Shown: positions 23,668-24,000 of the stretch, in pieces | Numbering within the stretch: the stretch's first letter is position 1 | Layout of the letters: each line of letters opens with the position of its first letter | Source: Cyanobacteria bacterium VAR_4_metabat_243 | GTDB taxonomy: Bacteria; Cyanobacteriota; Cyanobacteriia; Leptolyngbyales; Leptolyngbyaceae | Direction of reading: 5' to 3' | DNA length: 24,000 nt | Assembly (NCBI GenBank): GCA_031415035.1 | Contig: JANOQX010000099.1 | Location: 8,798 to 32,797 of the forward strand | Notes under the pieces: model-generated | Told to the model about the DNA's origin: nothing | The model's input: the letters and a program-made list of their open reading frames with translations, nothing else | The model's database searches: none | Made by a program: the position numbers and the translations under genes

Positions 23668-24000
23668 TCGCTTGCTCCCCCAGTATTGGGGGCTGGGGGG
23701 CCACCGACCAACGCCGGGGCGGATAGAGTAAGGTCTGCTCCGGTGGCGTCCAGCCGATCGTCAGGGGATGAAGATGCCAATGCCCGTCGTAGGTGAAGCT
23801 CCAGTCCCCGGCGTAGAGTCCGACGTTGATGAAATATTCGCCGCCCGTCAGATCCAGCCGATCGAGATCGAGGCTAATCCGGTGCGATCCCACGCTAATC
23901 GGTAAGTCCAACCCGATCGTCCCAGTATTGGTATTGAAGCAAATCTGCCCGTCCTCGGTGCTGATGGCGATGCTGACGATCAAATGCTCGATCGGTTGCT
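23621..24000 (-). CDS. C-terminal end of a polysaccharide ABC-transporter ATPase (Wzt-like C-terminal carbohydrate-binding domain); partial, continues past the right edge
   Basis: The frame stays open upstream of the track's TTG start to the window edge (..QPIEHLIVSIAISTEDGQ). The pattern FNTNT...ISLDLDRLDLTGGEYFINVGLYAGD...YDGHWHLHPLTI resembles Wzt_C beta-sandwich domains (l.L..G.Y.i.vgl). The last ~25 codons run through a dispersed repeat copy. Confidence 0.55.
   Translation of the reverse strand, partial: QPIEHLIVSIAISTEDGQICFNTNTGTIGLDLPISVGSHRISLDLDRLDLTGGEYFINVGLYAGDWSFTYDGHWHLHPLTIGWTPPEQTLLYPPRRWSVAPQPPILGEQAIIPDSKVASQTTPHG
23676..23701. repeat. Third, partial copy of the C5/G5-run dispersed repeat
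   Basis: TCCCCCAGTATTGGGGGCTGGGGGGC matches the first 26 nt of 13285-13318 with 2 mismatches, then diverges. Confidence 0.7.

Overview
The window looks like a cyanobacterial chromosomal segment. It is GC-rich, packed with CGATCG and the HIP1 octamer GCGATCGC, and encodes an HLIP, Uma2 and DUF559 proteins and many hybrid histidine kinases. I call about 23 protein-coding genes and no rRNA, tRNA, CRISPR array or transposase. Left to right: a partial DegT-type sugar aminotransferase; a high-light-inducible protein with an HLR1-like promoter motif; two conserved unknowns; a phasin-like protein; CorA; an MlaE-type permease; a Uma2 endonuclease; thioredoxin; a membrane GTPase with a DUF697-like C-terminus; Dxs; a secreted Cys-repeat protein; an acyltransferase-3; a DUF559 endonuclease; Tex; three consecutive hybrid REC/histidine-kinase genes; a TPR-glycosyltransferase fusion; two methyltransferases; and the C-terminal end of a Wzt-like ABC ATPase. 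Most of this is ordinary housekeeping sequence. Five things deserve a second look. (1) The DUF559 gene is bracketed by 34-bp inverted copies of a dispersed C5/G5 repeat plus an outer 14-bp direct repeat, which looks like an inserted cassette. (2) A MITE/REP-like element has 20-bp terminal inverted repeats, and its TAG supplies the stop codon of the adjacent gene in both copies (mlaE and dxs). (3) A block of three kinases and three receivers has no output domain. (4) A glycosyltransferase / two methyltransferases / Wzt-C-domain module suggests export of an end-capped glycan. (5) Several composite hairpin elements sit between genes. All family assignments come from reading the translations by eye; no searches were run.
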